Below are positions 9,557-18,477 of a DNA stretch of 32,000 nt, piece after piece (position 1 is the first letter of the stretch; the number at the start of each line of letters is the position of its first letter). Origin of the DNA: Promethearchaeia archaeon (GTDB taxonomy: Archaea > Asgardarchaeota > Lokiarchaeia > Sigyniarchaeales > SOKP01); NCBI GenBank assembly GCA_046497275.1, contig JAWOFX010000097.1, positions 14,471 through 46,470 of the forward strand, read 5' to 3'. The notes beneath the pieces are model-generated. The model did no database searches and was not told the origin of the DNA. It saw only the letters and a program-made list of their open reading frames with translations. A program made the position numbers and the translations under genes.

Positions 9557-9994
9557 ATGATGCGCCGATTTTCAAAAAGTCATGGACCACATTGTTATCT
9601 TCGTTCCTTTAAGACAGAATGTCCAAAATGTGGAGCAGAAATTCTATATTGGGAATGTACACACGGTTGTAAAGTATTTTTTGAATATCCACCATATGGA
9701 AAATTAATAAAACATAAATGTAAAAATATTAAAGACAGATCCACTAAAAATAAATATAAAGTTATAGTTAAACGACCAAAGGGTTTACTAGAAAATACTT
9801 CGAAATATTGTCCAGCATGTGGAAAAGTATTCGATAATCAAAAAAGGCTCAATGATCATATTAAACAGATGCAAAAATTCGATTATTTTCACCAGATAAT
9901 AGGAGTGAAAAATAATGAAAATAATTCTATGAGCTCGGATAAGGATAAAAAAGAATATGATCCTCCAAAATTTGGACAAATAAACTTAATATAA
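9557..9994 (+). CDS. Hypothetical protein with two putative Zn-binding modules
   Basis: C22xxC25...H53xC55 and a C2H2-like C85xxC88...H101...H112. Confidence 0.7.
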   Translation: MMRRFSKSHGPHCYLRSFKTECPKCGAEILYWECTHGCKVFFEYPPYGKLIKHKCKNIKDRSTKNKYKVIVKRPKGLLENTSKYCPACGKVFDNQKRLNDHIKQMQKFDYFHQIIGVKNNENNSMSSDKDKKEYDPPKFGQINLI

Positions 9995-10134
9995 GGTTGT
10001 AAATACATATTTAATTCGAAATTTTAAAAAATGTTTTATCAATATTCTAAAATATTAAGTCATAGAAAATTTTAATAATATTAATTTAGATATATCAATT
10101 AAACAAATAACTAGTTTAGGATAAAAATATAATT

Positions 10135-10749
10135 ATGCCAGTTGCACCTCAAGAGGCTGTTTCTCATTTAATGCAGAAAGACCCATCTATTATTGCAGCA
10201 GTAGTGGTTGAAGGAAAGGGCAATTTAATATTTCAAACTGATAATTGGGATGTGACTCCAGATTTAGACCGTGTATTATCCAGTTGGAGAGGTCAAAATG
10301 CTCAATTCATCAAAATATCTGGAGTAAAATATTCTATGCTACAATGTACAGGCGAAAGAATGGCAGCAACCTCTATTAAAGGTGAAGGGAGCATAGTTGC
10401 TGCAAAAGATGAGGAGCATGCTTTAATAGCATATGTCTCTCCTGAGGGAGATATGAGAGGAGCTATGATGGATACTGCTCGTGCTGTAGGAGATATGAGT
10501 TCTAGTAAACCCTATATGGAAGAAGAGGGCCAGCTTGGAAAAGAAATGGAGGGGACAGCACAAGCTCAAAGCGCCTCGAGTAATATTGATCCTGAATTAA
10601 AAGCAGAGATTGAATCCTTTTTACAATGGGTAAAAGATGACGAAGGTTTAGCAGGTTATATAAGATATTATTTACAACAAAATAACATACAGATAATTTC
10701 TCAATTATCGCAAGTTTATTCTGAGTTACGGCAATTATTTGGTGTTTAA
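10135..10749 (+). CDS. Asgard-type profilin homolog with a C-terminal extension
   Basis: IIAAVVVEGKGNLIFQTDNW, ISGVKYSMLQCTGER and GEGSIVAAK..ALIAYVSPEG follow the strand order and QTxNW / GxKY..ER motifs I recall from Loki profilins; about 80 extra residues follow. Confidence 0.72.
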   Translation: MPVAPQEAVSHLMQKDPSIIAAVVVEGKGNLIFQTDNWDVTPDLDRVLSSWRGQNAQFIKISGVKYSMLQCTGERMAATSIKGEGSIVAAKDEEHALIAYVSPEGDMRGAMMDTARAVGDMSSSKPYMEEEGQLGKEMEGTAQAQSASSNIDPELKAEIESFLQWVKDDEGLAGYIRYYLQQNNIQIISQLSQVYSELRQLFGV

Positions 10750-10894
10750 ACTTTAGAATAAAAATAATTATAATTTAATCCATTGAGATTTTAAATATAT
10801 TATCTAATTAATTATTCTTTGATTTATTGTCTTAAACAGAGAAAATTATTTTTGTATCAATAAGTTTAAAATTATTATTAGATTATCGGATGCA

Positions 10895-11977
10895 ATGACT
10901 GTAAATGTCGGAGTTGTTGGTGCTAGTGGGTTTGCTGGAGGAGAAACTGTTAGAATATTATCCAATCATCCAAATGTTAACTTAAATTATATAACATCGA
11001 GAAGATTGATTGGTAAATATTTTCATTCTGTTTATCCGAATTTAAGAAATATTGTTAATTATAAATTTGAAAAATTTAATATTAAAATAGCACAAGAGAA
11101 ATGTGATATAATTTTCCTCGCCACACCCCATGGAATTTCTCAAGATTTAGTACCTTCATTATTAGAAGTTGGCCTGAAAGTTATTGATTTAAGTGCGGAT
11201 TTTCGTTTAAAAAATCTTGATATTTATAAGAAATATTATAAAAAAAATCATTCTCATCCTGAACTATTTCAAAAAGCAGTTTATGGATTACCAGAACTAC
11301 ATCGTGATGAAATAAAAGATGCTAATTTAATTGCTGTTGCGGGATGTCATGCATCTAGTGCTATTTATGGTTTATATCCATTAGTTCAAGAAAATTTAAT
11401 CGATACATCCAAAATTATTGTTGATTCAAAAACAGGATCGTCTGGATCTGGAAAAGGTGTAAATGAATCAACTCATCATTCAATAAGAGCAAACAGCATA
11501 CGTCCTTATAAAATGACAGGCCATCGACACACCGCCGAAATAGAACAAGAATTGGAAAGAATATTGAAGGATAAAAATATTGAACAAGAAAAAGTAAAGA
11601 TAGGGTTTTCTGCTCATGCAGTGAATTTAGTTAGAGGAATTTTATCAACATGTCATGCTTTTTTTCCTAATAATATTGAAATTAATGAAAAAATGCTATT
11701 TAGAACTTATCGCAAAGCATTTAGAGAGGAACCTTTTTTACGTTTGATTAATCAAAATACGGGTATCTTTAGATTACCAGATCCTAAAGTAATAGTGGGT
11801 ACAAATTATTGTGACGTGGGATTTCAATTAGATGATCATTTAAATCGAATAGTAATTTTATGTACACTCGATAACATCGTTAAAGGCACAGCAGGTAATG
11901 CTATTCAGTCAATGAATATTATGCTAAAAATTTCAGAAAAGGCTGGATTAGATTTTCCAGGTTATTTTCCTTCTTAA
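10895..11977 (+). CDS. lysY: LysY/ArgC-type reductase ([LysW]-aminoadipate/glutamate phosphate reductase clade)
   Basis: VGASGFAGGE, DLSADFRL, catalytic AGC, YKMTGHRHTAE, PDPK.IVGTNYCDVGF, DNIVKGTAG and GLDFPG tail resemble Thermus/archaeal LysY more than acetyl-type ArgC. Confidence 0.82.
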   Translation: MTVNVGVVGASGFAGGETVRILSNHPNVNLNYITSRRLIGKYFHSVYPNLRNIVNYKFEKFNIKIAQEKCDIIFLATPHGISQDLVPSLLEVGLKVIDLSADFRLKNLDIYKKYYKKNHSHPELFQKAVYGLPELHRDEIKDANLIAVAGCHASSAIYGLYPLVQENLIDTSKIIVDSKTGSSGSGKGVNESTHHSIRANSIRPYKMTGHRHTAEIEQELERILKDKNIEQEKVKIGFSAHAVNLVRGILSTCHAFFPNNIEINEKMLFRTYRKAFREEPFLRLINQNTGIFRLPDPKVIVGTNYCDVGFQLDDHLNRIVILCTLDNIVKGTAGNAIQSMNIMLKISEKAGLDFPGYFPS

Positions 11978-12075
11978 TTAATAAGTTATTATTGAAATCT
12001 TCTTGAAAAATAGATATTAAATATGATAGAATTAATTATTAAATAATTCTTCTATTAATTATATCATTCTAAGAA

Positions 12076-12080
12076 TGAGG
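12076..12080 (+). promoter_or_regulatory. Shine-Dalgarno-like GAGGT abutting the aroA' start
   Basis: GAGGT just before GTG 12082, complementary to the 16S 3' tail (ACCUC) visible in this window; spacing is unusually short. Confidence 0.4.
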
Positions 12081-12081
12081 T

Positions 12082-12894
12082 GTGAATAATATTTCTGGTT
12101 ATATAGGAAAAAGCATTAGGTTAGAACGAATAATGAATCGGGAGAATGGAAGAACTATCATAATACCAATGGATCACGGATTAACTGTTGGTCCGATAAA
12201 AGGAATTGAAAAAAATCTTGGGGAAATAGTCAATAAAATTGCTTTAGGTGGTGCAAACGCGGTTCTCGGACATATTGGGATCCCACTTTATGCTCATCGT
12301 GGTTATGGTCCAGATATCGGATTAATTCTTCATCTCTCAGGTTCAACATCGATAAGTCCTTCCAAAAATTATAAAGTTCTAGTAAATACTGTATTAGAAG
12401 CTGTAAAAATTGGAGCTGATGGGGTTTCTCTACATATTAATATTGGCACGAAATCAGATCCAGAAATGCTGGAGATTTTAGGCACTATTTCCAGAGAATG
12501 TAGGGAATATGGAATGCCTTTAATTGCTATGATGTATCCCAGAGGAGAGAATATTCAAGATGAACATGCCGTTGAAGTTGTGAAGATAGCTGCTCGCGCT
12601 GCTGCAGAATTAGGGGCAGATATAGTAAAAACAAATTGGACAGGAGACCAAGATTCATTTAAGGAAGTTGTTGAGGGATGTATGGCGCCTGTTATAATTG
12701 CTGGTGGAGAAAAAGGAGGAATACGAGACATTTTGGAGATTACTAAACAATCGATAAGTGTTGGAGGAGCAGGTGTAGCTTTTGGGAGAAATGTATTTCA
12801 AACAGAAAATCCCACAAATACCGTGAGAGCGTTATATCTAATAGTTCACCAAAATTATGAAGTAGATGAGGCAATTAAAGAAGCCGGATTATAA
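12082..12894 (+). CDS. aroA': 2-amino-3,7-dideoxy-D-threo-hept-6-ulosonate synthase (class I aldolase, DhnA family)
   Basis: PMDHG, HRGYGPDIGLILHLSGST, MYPRG, LGADIVKT and GRNVFQ; GTG start preceded by GAGGT. Confidence 0.85.
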   Translation: MNNISGYIGKSIRLERIMNRENGRTIIIPMDHGLTVGPIKGIEKNLGEIVNKIALGGANAVLGHIGIPLYAHRGYGPDIGLILHLSGSTSISPSKNYKVLVNTVLEAVKIGADGVSLHINIGTKSDPEMLEILGTISRECREYGMPLIAMMYPRGENIQDEHAVEVVKIAARAAAELGADIVKTNWTGDQDSFKEVVEGCMAPVIIAGGEKGGIRDILEITKQSISVGGAGVAFGRNVFQTENPTNTVRALYLIVHQNYEVDEAIKEAGL

Positions 12895-12908
12895 TTAAAA
12901 TAAAGGAT

Positions 12909-13277
12909 GTGAATTTATTTATGAAAAATGTTATTGATAAATCAATTCAATTAGAAAATCTTCAAATATTTTTTAAACTTTTTAAATTACATAAAAGTTA
13001 TTTAGCTCTTATCTCAGATCAAAAAGCAATGGGAATCGGAGATGTCACTTTAGGAACCCCCCCTAAACTCAAGGGGGGTAAATCTGCCTCTTCTTCTTAC
13101 AATTTATTTGGAATCCGTCAGCAGTTACTCAGTTCTATTCTTATTAAAAGAATTTCCAAATATTTAGATGCTCCAGTGCTTCTCCTCTTATTTATTAAGA
13201 ATAAGATTGAGGAGAATGAAATTACAAAACCATTAATTAGTTTTGTTAATGAAAATCTGCAAAGTTTAGAAGAATAA
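12909..13277 (+). CDS. Putative proteasome assembly chaperone 4 (PAC4)-like protein
   Basis: 122 aa; pattern IFFKLFKL.KSYLALIS...GDVTLG...SSYNLFG...LSSILIKRISK....PVLL parallels eukaryotic PAC4 by eye. Confidence 0.5.
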   Translation: MNLFMKNVIDKSIQLENLQIFFKLFKLHKSYLALISDQKAMGIGDVTLGTPPKLKGGKSASSSYNLFGIRQQLLSSILIKRISKYLDAPVLLLLFIKNKIEENEITKPLISFVNENLQSLEE

Positions 13278-13304
13278 AAAATTTTTGAGAAATATTCTAA
13301 TAGA

Positions 13305-13450
13305 TGCAGAGAGAGGGATATGTTCTCATGGAAATGTTTTTTCCTTAGATTTGAACCCCCGTACTCCTATGAGAATGGATCTTGAGTCCATCACCGGTGA
13401 TCATTACTTTAATTTATTAAAGTAAATTGACCGGGCTTGGTTATCTCTGC
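13305..13450 (-). tRNA. tRNA-Leu(CAA) with two introns (21/22: 13397-13426; 58/59: 13320-13350)
   Basis: Acceptor GCAGAGA/TCTCTGC+A, anticodon arm ATGGA-CTCAAGA-TCCAT, long variable arm, and T arm GGGGG-TTCAAAT-CCCTC after splicing; both inserts have BHB-like helices. Confidence 0.93.
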
Positions 13451-13472
13451 ATTTGATAAGGTATTATAAATC

Positions 13473-13700
13473 TTATGTAAAAAGAAACATTAGAACAAAC
13501 ATTACTACCATCATACCTACAAGAAAAACAATCTGGTATCTACTTTGTTTCTTCTGTTTCTTCTGTTTTTGCAAATAATTATCTTTGCAAGATTGGCCGC
13601 AGAATTTTCTATCGGGAGCCATTGCTTTACCACATACAGGACAATGTTGATGTGGGCCCCATTTTTTTTGAATCTGATCCTTCCAAGATGAATTTGACAT
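13473..13700 (-). CDS. DUF2116-family Zn-ribbon membrane protein
   Basis: PHQHCPVCGK...FCGQSC, basic linker and C-terminal transmembrane helix; lies downstream of pyrH as in other archaea. Confidence 0.85.
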   Translation of the reverse strand: MSNSSWKDQIQKKWGPHQHCPVCGKAMAPDRKFCGQSCKDNYLQKQKKQKKQSRYQIVFLVGMMVVMFVLMFLFT

Positions 13701-13776
13701 ACTATTTTTAACTAATTTCTTCTTTTTTCAATATATTAAATAATTGTAAATTGTAAAAAAAATTTATTAAAAAGAT

Positions 13777-14487
13777 TTAATCTGAAATGACAGTTCCAAT
13801 ATTTTGGATATTACCTAACCATAATTCTTGAAATTTTGATAAATCTAATCCTGAGCCAATTTGAACTTTTAAATGACTACGTTTTAATATTTGTAAAGAA
13901 ACTGCGTCAAATATCCTATATTCACCTGCAGCTGCTTGATTTATATCGCTTTCTTTAAGAATAATCTCAGATAATTCAGAATAATTTAAATGTTCTAATA
14001 ATTTTGCATCTTTATGTTTTTTCGGATCCTTATTATAAATACCATTAACATTAGTTAATATGATTGTTTGTTTTGCTTTAATAAATTCTGCAACTTCTAA
14101 AGCAACGGACGTTGTGCTTTGTCCTGGCTGCAAACCACCCATAATGATTATTTTTTTACTTAATAGAGCAACAGATAATTCATCAATGTTTTTTGGAACC
14201 AAAGGATAAGCGAGATCTTTAAAATAAGAAATTAGTAATTTTGCATTGATTTGTGAGAAATAAATTCCGACTAGATCAGCTAAAGCTTCATTCTGAGTGT
14301 ATTTTCTAATGAAATTAAGATATTCTCTTGCTATAATGCCTCCTCCAACTATAATAATAATTGCATCATAATTCTTATTTTCTTTCACGAGATCACAGAA
14401 TTCAGTTATTTTTTTAGAATTGATTTGTTTATTTTTATCAAATAAAAGAGATCCTCCAATTTTTATTACAATATTTTTATTATTCAT
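13777..14487 (-). CDS. pyrH: Uridylate kinase
   Basis: IKIGGS, VGGGIIAR, GGLQPGQST, GIYNKDPKK. Confidence 0.92.
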   Translation of the reverse strand: MNNKNIVIKIGGSLLFDKNKQINSKKITEFCDLVKENKNYDAIIIIVGGGIIAREYLNFIRKYTQNEALADLVGIYFSQINAKLLISYFKDLAYPLVPKNIDELSVALLSKKIIIMGGLQPGQSTTSVALEVAEFIKAKQTIILTNVNGIYNKDPKKHKDAKLLEHLNYSELSEIILKESDINQAAAGEYRIFDAVSLQILKRSHLKVQIGSGLDLSKFQELWLGNIQNIGTVISD

Positions 14488-14559
14488 AGAGATCCTTAAT
14501 TTTAAATTGATTTTTCTTTTTATTATAATAACTTTATATAATCACACTTATTAAAATAT

Positions 14560-15519
14560 ATGAAAGGTAAAAGTAAGATCGTTGTTAAAGTCCCACATAG
14601 AATTACTGGTTTTTTTGAAATTGTGGATTCTAAAAATGGAATTAAATTAGAAAATCCAGAACAAATAGGATCGAGAGGAGCGGGTTTCACACTTAATGCT
14701 ATGGGAACTACGACTATTATATTGAATAAAATAATCTCATCTGACACTAATATTAAAGAATTTGAGATATATATAAACAGTATTAAAGTAAATGAAGAGG
14801 CAGAAACAACAAATTTTATCTTTAATTATTTTAGGAGATTAGTTAATTATCCATTTAGTGTTAAGATCTTTCATAGATTTGACCTTCCAGTTGGATGTGG
14901 ATATGGAGCAAGTGGTTCGGGGGCATTAGGTACTTCATTTGGTCTAAATAAATTACTTGAGCTCAATTTATCTAATTATGAATGTGGTAAAATTGCTCAC
15001 ATAGCCGAAGTCGTTAATAAAACAGGCCTTGGGACTGTCTGTGGACAACTCGCTGCAGGTCTTGGTATGGTAGCTGAATCAGGATATCCTGGTAAATATC
15101 AACATATTCCTTTTCCAAATGGAATTTATGTCATTTGCACTAGCTTTGGAAAGATATCAACTCCAGATTTCCTATCCAATCAAACACTTCATTCTATCAT
15201 CAATATACCTGGAAGAGAAGCATTAAGAAAGCTAAAAAAAAATCCAAATATCAAAAATTTTGCTGAATTATCTTGGGAATTTGTACAAAAAACAGAGATA
15301 CTAGAGATATTACATTTGAGTAAAATAAGAGAATTGATTGTTCAATTAAATGAATTAAATATTATTGGAGCTAGTTTGAATCAACTTGGTAAATCTATTT
15401 TTGCAATTTGTAGAAAAAGAGATATAAAAGATGTTATAACTATTTTTAATAATTACCAAGAAGAAGAAGAGAAGGTATTTAATTTACATATTGAGAAGAA
15501 GGGAGTAAAAATAAATTAA
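14560..15519 (+). CDS. Pantoate kinase (GHMP kinase family)
   Basis: VP.RITGFF, GSRGAGF, LPVGCGYGASG, AHIAEV..KTGLGTV. Confidence 0.87.
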   Translation: MKGKSKIVVKVPHRITGFFEIVDSKNGIKLENPEQIGSRGAGFTLNAMGTTTIILNKIISSDTNIKEFEIYINSIKVNEEAETTNFIFNYFRRLVNYPFSVKIFHRFDLPVGCGYGASGSGALGTSFGLNKLLELNLSNYECGKIAHIAEVVNKTGLGTVCGQLAAGLGMVAESGYPGKYQHIPFPNGIYVICTSFGKISTPDFLSNQTLHSIINIPGREALRKLKKNPNIKNFAELSWEFVQKTEILEILHLSKIRELIVQLNELNIIGASLNQLGKSIFAICRKRDIKDVITIFNNYQEEEEKVFNLHIEKKGVKIN

Positions 15520-15547
15520 TCTAGTTTTAAGAAATCATAGATTTTAA

Positions 15548-16357
15548 TTATTCCTTAGAATTTAAAGCTTTAGATTTCTTTGTTGCTACTTCTACAGCTG
15601 TTATTAATGATGCTCTAATTTTATCTGACTCTAATAGATGAAGTGCAGTGATTGTCGTTCCACCTGGGCTAGCTACTTTATCTTTTAGTGCTGCAGGATG
15701 ACTTTTAGTCTCAATTAATAATTTAGCGGATCCTAAAACAGTTTGAGAAGATAGTTTAAGAGCTACTTCGCGAGGTAATCCCATCTTCACACCTCCGTCT
15801 GTCAAAGCTTCAATTATTAAAAAGATATATGCGGGTCCACTACCAGATAATCCTGTCACGGCATCTAAATGCCGTTCGTCTAATTCTACCACTAAGCCAA
15901 CAGAGTCAAATAGTTTGATTACAAATTCCATGTTTTCTTGTTTTACATTATTATTTTTCGAAATAGCTGTAGCAGCTTCTCCAATTAGAGCTGCTACATT
16001 AGACATTACCCTTATAATCTGATTTTCTTTGCTGATATATCTATTTAAATGTTTAATTGAAACTCCAGCAGCTATCGAGATAAAAACTTGATCAAGATTC
16101 AATACGGATCCCACTTTATCTAAAATCTCATCAATAACTTGAGGAAGAACCGCGATAAGAACATATTTTGATTTTTTAACTAGATCAACGTTATCCTCGG
16201 CACTTTCTACATTATATTTATTACATGAGCTTTCTAATACATTTTTATCAATATCATAAATAATAATTTTGTCAGGTCCAATCAAATTTACTGCTGCTTT
16301 CAATAGAGTTGAACCTATTTTACCAATTCCTATTATTCCAAGCTGTTTTTCGTACAT
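15548..16357 (-). CDS. proC: Pyrroline-5-carboxylate reductase
   Basis: GIIGIGKIG, SIAAGV, GLSGSGPAY, VASPGGTT. Confidence 0.95.
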   Translation of the reverse strand: MYEKQLGIIGIGKIGSTLLKAAVNLIGPDKIIIYDIDKNVLESSCNKYNVESAEDNVDLVKKSKYVLIAVLPQVIDEILDKVGSVLNLDQVFISIAAGVSIKHLNRYISKENQIIRVMSNVAALIGEAATAISKNNNVKQENMEFVIKLFDSVGLVVELDERHLDAVTGLSGSGPAYIFLIIEALTDGGVKMGLPREVALKLSSQTVLGSAKLLIETKSHPAALKDKVASPGGTTITALHLLESDKIRASLITAVEVATKKSKALNSKE

Positions 16358-16401
16358 ATTATATTTTATCTGATTTAATTAATTTTATAAGAATAGAATG
16401 A

Positions 16402-16935
16402 TCAATACAGACCAAATGAATCTAATCGAATTATTTGACAATCTCTAACTCCAAAATCATTCCAAAGATTCATTTCAAGAATTATTTTGTTATTTATTTC
16501 TCCTTTTTGTCCAAATTTTAAACCAAGAAATTCATTATTTAAAAAGAACGTAATCCCTTTTTTATATTTATTAGGTAAGCGAATATAAATAGAAGCATAA
16601 CCGTTTTCTTTTGAAAGCATAATAAAAGCATTTACTAATCTCTTACCGATCCCTTTTTTACGATAATTAGGATTAATATATAATAGATGTAAATATATGT
16701 TTGGAATAATTTTCTCTAAAGAATCTACTTTTTTACTTTTATCCTCGGCTACTAAAAGTCCTGCTAAAATTTCATCATAATATGCAATTAAGACAAAAAA
16801 TTTCTTATTTAGGAACCTTGATTTAAAATTATCTATCAAATCAATAAATTCTTTCGCACATAAATTCAAATCGAAAAAATTCTCTTGTTTAGCAACCTTA
16901 ATAGTAATTTTATTTAAATTATCTCGCTTTTGCAT
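16402..16935 (-). CDS. GNAT-family N-acetyltransferase
   Basis: LYINPNYRKKGIGKRLV acetyl-CoA motif A (R/QxxGxG). Confidence 0.85.
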   Translation of the reverse strand: MQKRDNLNKITIKVAKQENFFDLNLCAKEFIDLIDNFKSRFLNKKFFVLIAYYDEILAGLLVAEDKSKKVDSLEKIIPNIYLHLLYINPNYRKKGIGKRLVNAFIMLSKENGYASIYIRLPNKYKKGITFFLNNEFLGLKFGQKGEINNKIILEMNLWNDFGVRDCQIIRLDSFGLY

Positions 16936-16937
16936 TT

Positions 16938-17675
16938 TTAGTTTAGAGAAAGCTCCTTTTTTAATTTTTTAATGAGATCATATTTAATGGTACCATTCTC
17001 TCTATCAAATCCTTCACATACGGCACTTCTTATACCAATAATATCTGGTTTAATTTTTTTAATTTTATGTATATCAGCAATTTTAATTCTTCCCGCTAAT
17101 GCAGTTTTCACATTATAATCAGAAGCTAAATCTTTAAATTTAACCAAGTCTTCCACCTTTAGAAAATCAAAAAGATTTTTCTCATCTTTGATATATGTAT
17201 CAAGCATAGCGATATTTGCTCCAGATTCTGCTGCTATTACGGGAATAGCCAAGAAAGGAAGACCTTCATCCATTCTAGAATAATCTGCATAACCTGCCGC
17301 AACGACTATTATTTCTTTGTTACATTTTTTTACAGATTTTATAACATTTTTCATTAAATAAATGCCCTCTTTTTTATTTCGAGGGCCTTTAAGGCCAACT
17401 TTTATAATATCTGCCCCAGAACATGCCGCTCCGAACGCAGCTAAAGAAGCACTTCCAGGAAGATTTGGGAAGTCGCCAATTGCTGCACTTAAGAGTTGTT
17501 TATTGTTTTCTGGTATAAGATTTTTCATTTCATTAATTATCCAAGGAAAATTAGCCCCTAGAGACCCTTCCTCTGGGTTTTTGCAATCGATATAGTCAGC
17601 ACCCGCATCAATGGTAACTTTAGCTTCTTCTATATTCTTAGGACTAACAAGTAATTTGATATTATTATTATACAT
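16938..17675 (-). CDS. mfnB: (5-formylfuran-3-yl)methyl phosphate synthase (methanofuran biosynthesis)
   Basis: LLVSP...EA, IDCKNPEEGSLGANFPW, SAAIGD, MLDTYIKD, LAGRI, IIGIRSAVC. Confidence 0.92.
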   Translation of the reverse strand: MYNNNIKLLVSPKNIEEAKVTIDAGADYIDCKNPEEGSLGANFPWIINEMKNLIPENNKQLLSAAIGDFPNLPGSASLAAFGAACSGADIIKVGLKGPRNKKEGIYLMKNVIKSVKKCNKEIIVVAAGYADYSRMDEGLPFLAIPVIAAESGANIAMLDTYIKDEKNLFDFLKVEDLVKFKDLASDYNVKTALAGRIKIADIHKIKKIKPDIIGIRSAVCEGFDRENGTIKYDLIKKLKKELSLN

Positions 17676-17942
17676 AACCTATCATTTTTTAAAATAAATG
17701 AAATGTTAATAAATTTTTTGAGAAATTAATTAATAATCAGAGAATTTTTGACTTAGTAAAGATTATTAATTTAATAAAAAACAGTATTCTCTCTAGTTAT
17801 ATAAAAAAATTGATTCGAAAGATCATTATTTTTTATAAACGAGATTTTTGCAATTAATTTCTTTATTTTTTAATAAATTTATATTTGATAATTTCTATTA
17901 TTTACAAAAATTCTTATGAATATTTAATAAAATTTTAAAAAA

Positions 17943-18470
17943 ATGTCTCCTAAAGAAGAAACGAAAATTGATATTACCCAAGAAGTTTTTAAAGAACCTA
18001 TTGAAATGATTAAAAAACTAACAGCAAATATAAACATTGAATATACTAAGGTTATACAAACCTATGTAATGGAAAATAGAATTTTAGATTTGATACTTTT
18101 AAAGAATGGCTCTTCTTATTTTAAGGGAAAAATAGTATGGATCGGAAATCGAAAGGATGATTCCCAAGGCACGGTTTTTTGTGTAGATACAAAAGCAGAA
18201 CTCAAAAAGATTAATCCTACGGCTGAGAATACGGAGGATATTGTATTAGATAAAAAGAAGGGAGTAATTTTAATCTCCACTGAATCAAAAGCTAAATGTT
18301 CTGTTTGTGGAAAAGATATTGAAATATTTGATGAAGTTCTTGGGTGCCCTTTATGTGGAGCAAAAGCACATAAAGACCATATTTTAGATTGGATAAAAAT
18401 GAAGCATAACTGCCCTGTATGTAAAAAATCATTAGATATTTCCAGTACAGGTCAAATAATTGTTGATTAA
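17943..18470 (+). CDS. RING-variant zinc finger protein
   Basis: C119-x2-C122-x12-C135-x2-C138-x4-H143-x2-H146-x3-W150-x6-C157-P-x-C160. Confidence 0.75.
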   Translation: MSPKEETKIDITQEVFKEPIEMIKKLTANINIEYTKVIQTYVMENRILDLILLKNGSSYFKGKIVWIGNRKDDSQGTVFCVDTKAELKKINPTAENTEDIVLDKKKGVILISTESKAKCSVCGKDIEIFDEVLGCPLCGAKAHKDHILDWIKMKHNCPVCKKSLDISSTGQIIVD

Positions 18471-18477
18471 TTACTAG

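Noticed and set aside
8961-9979. ORFs 8961-9200 and 9788-9979
   Set aside because: Antisense to tfb and to the zinc-finger gene.
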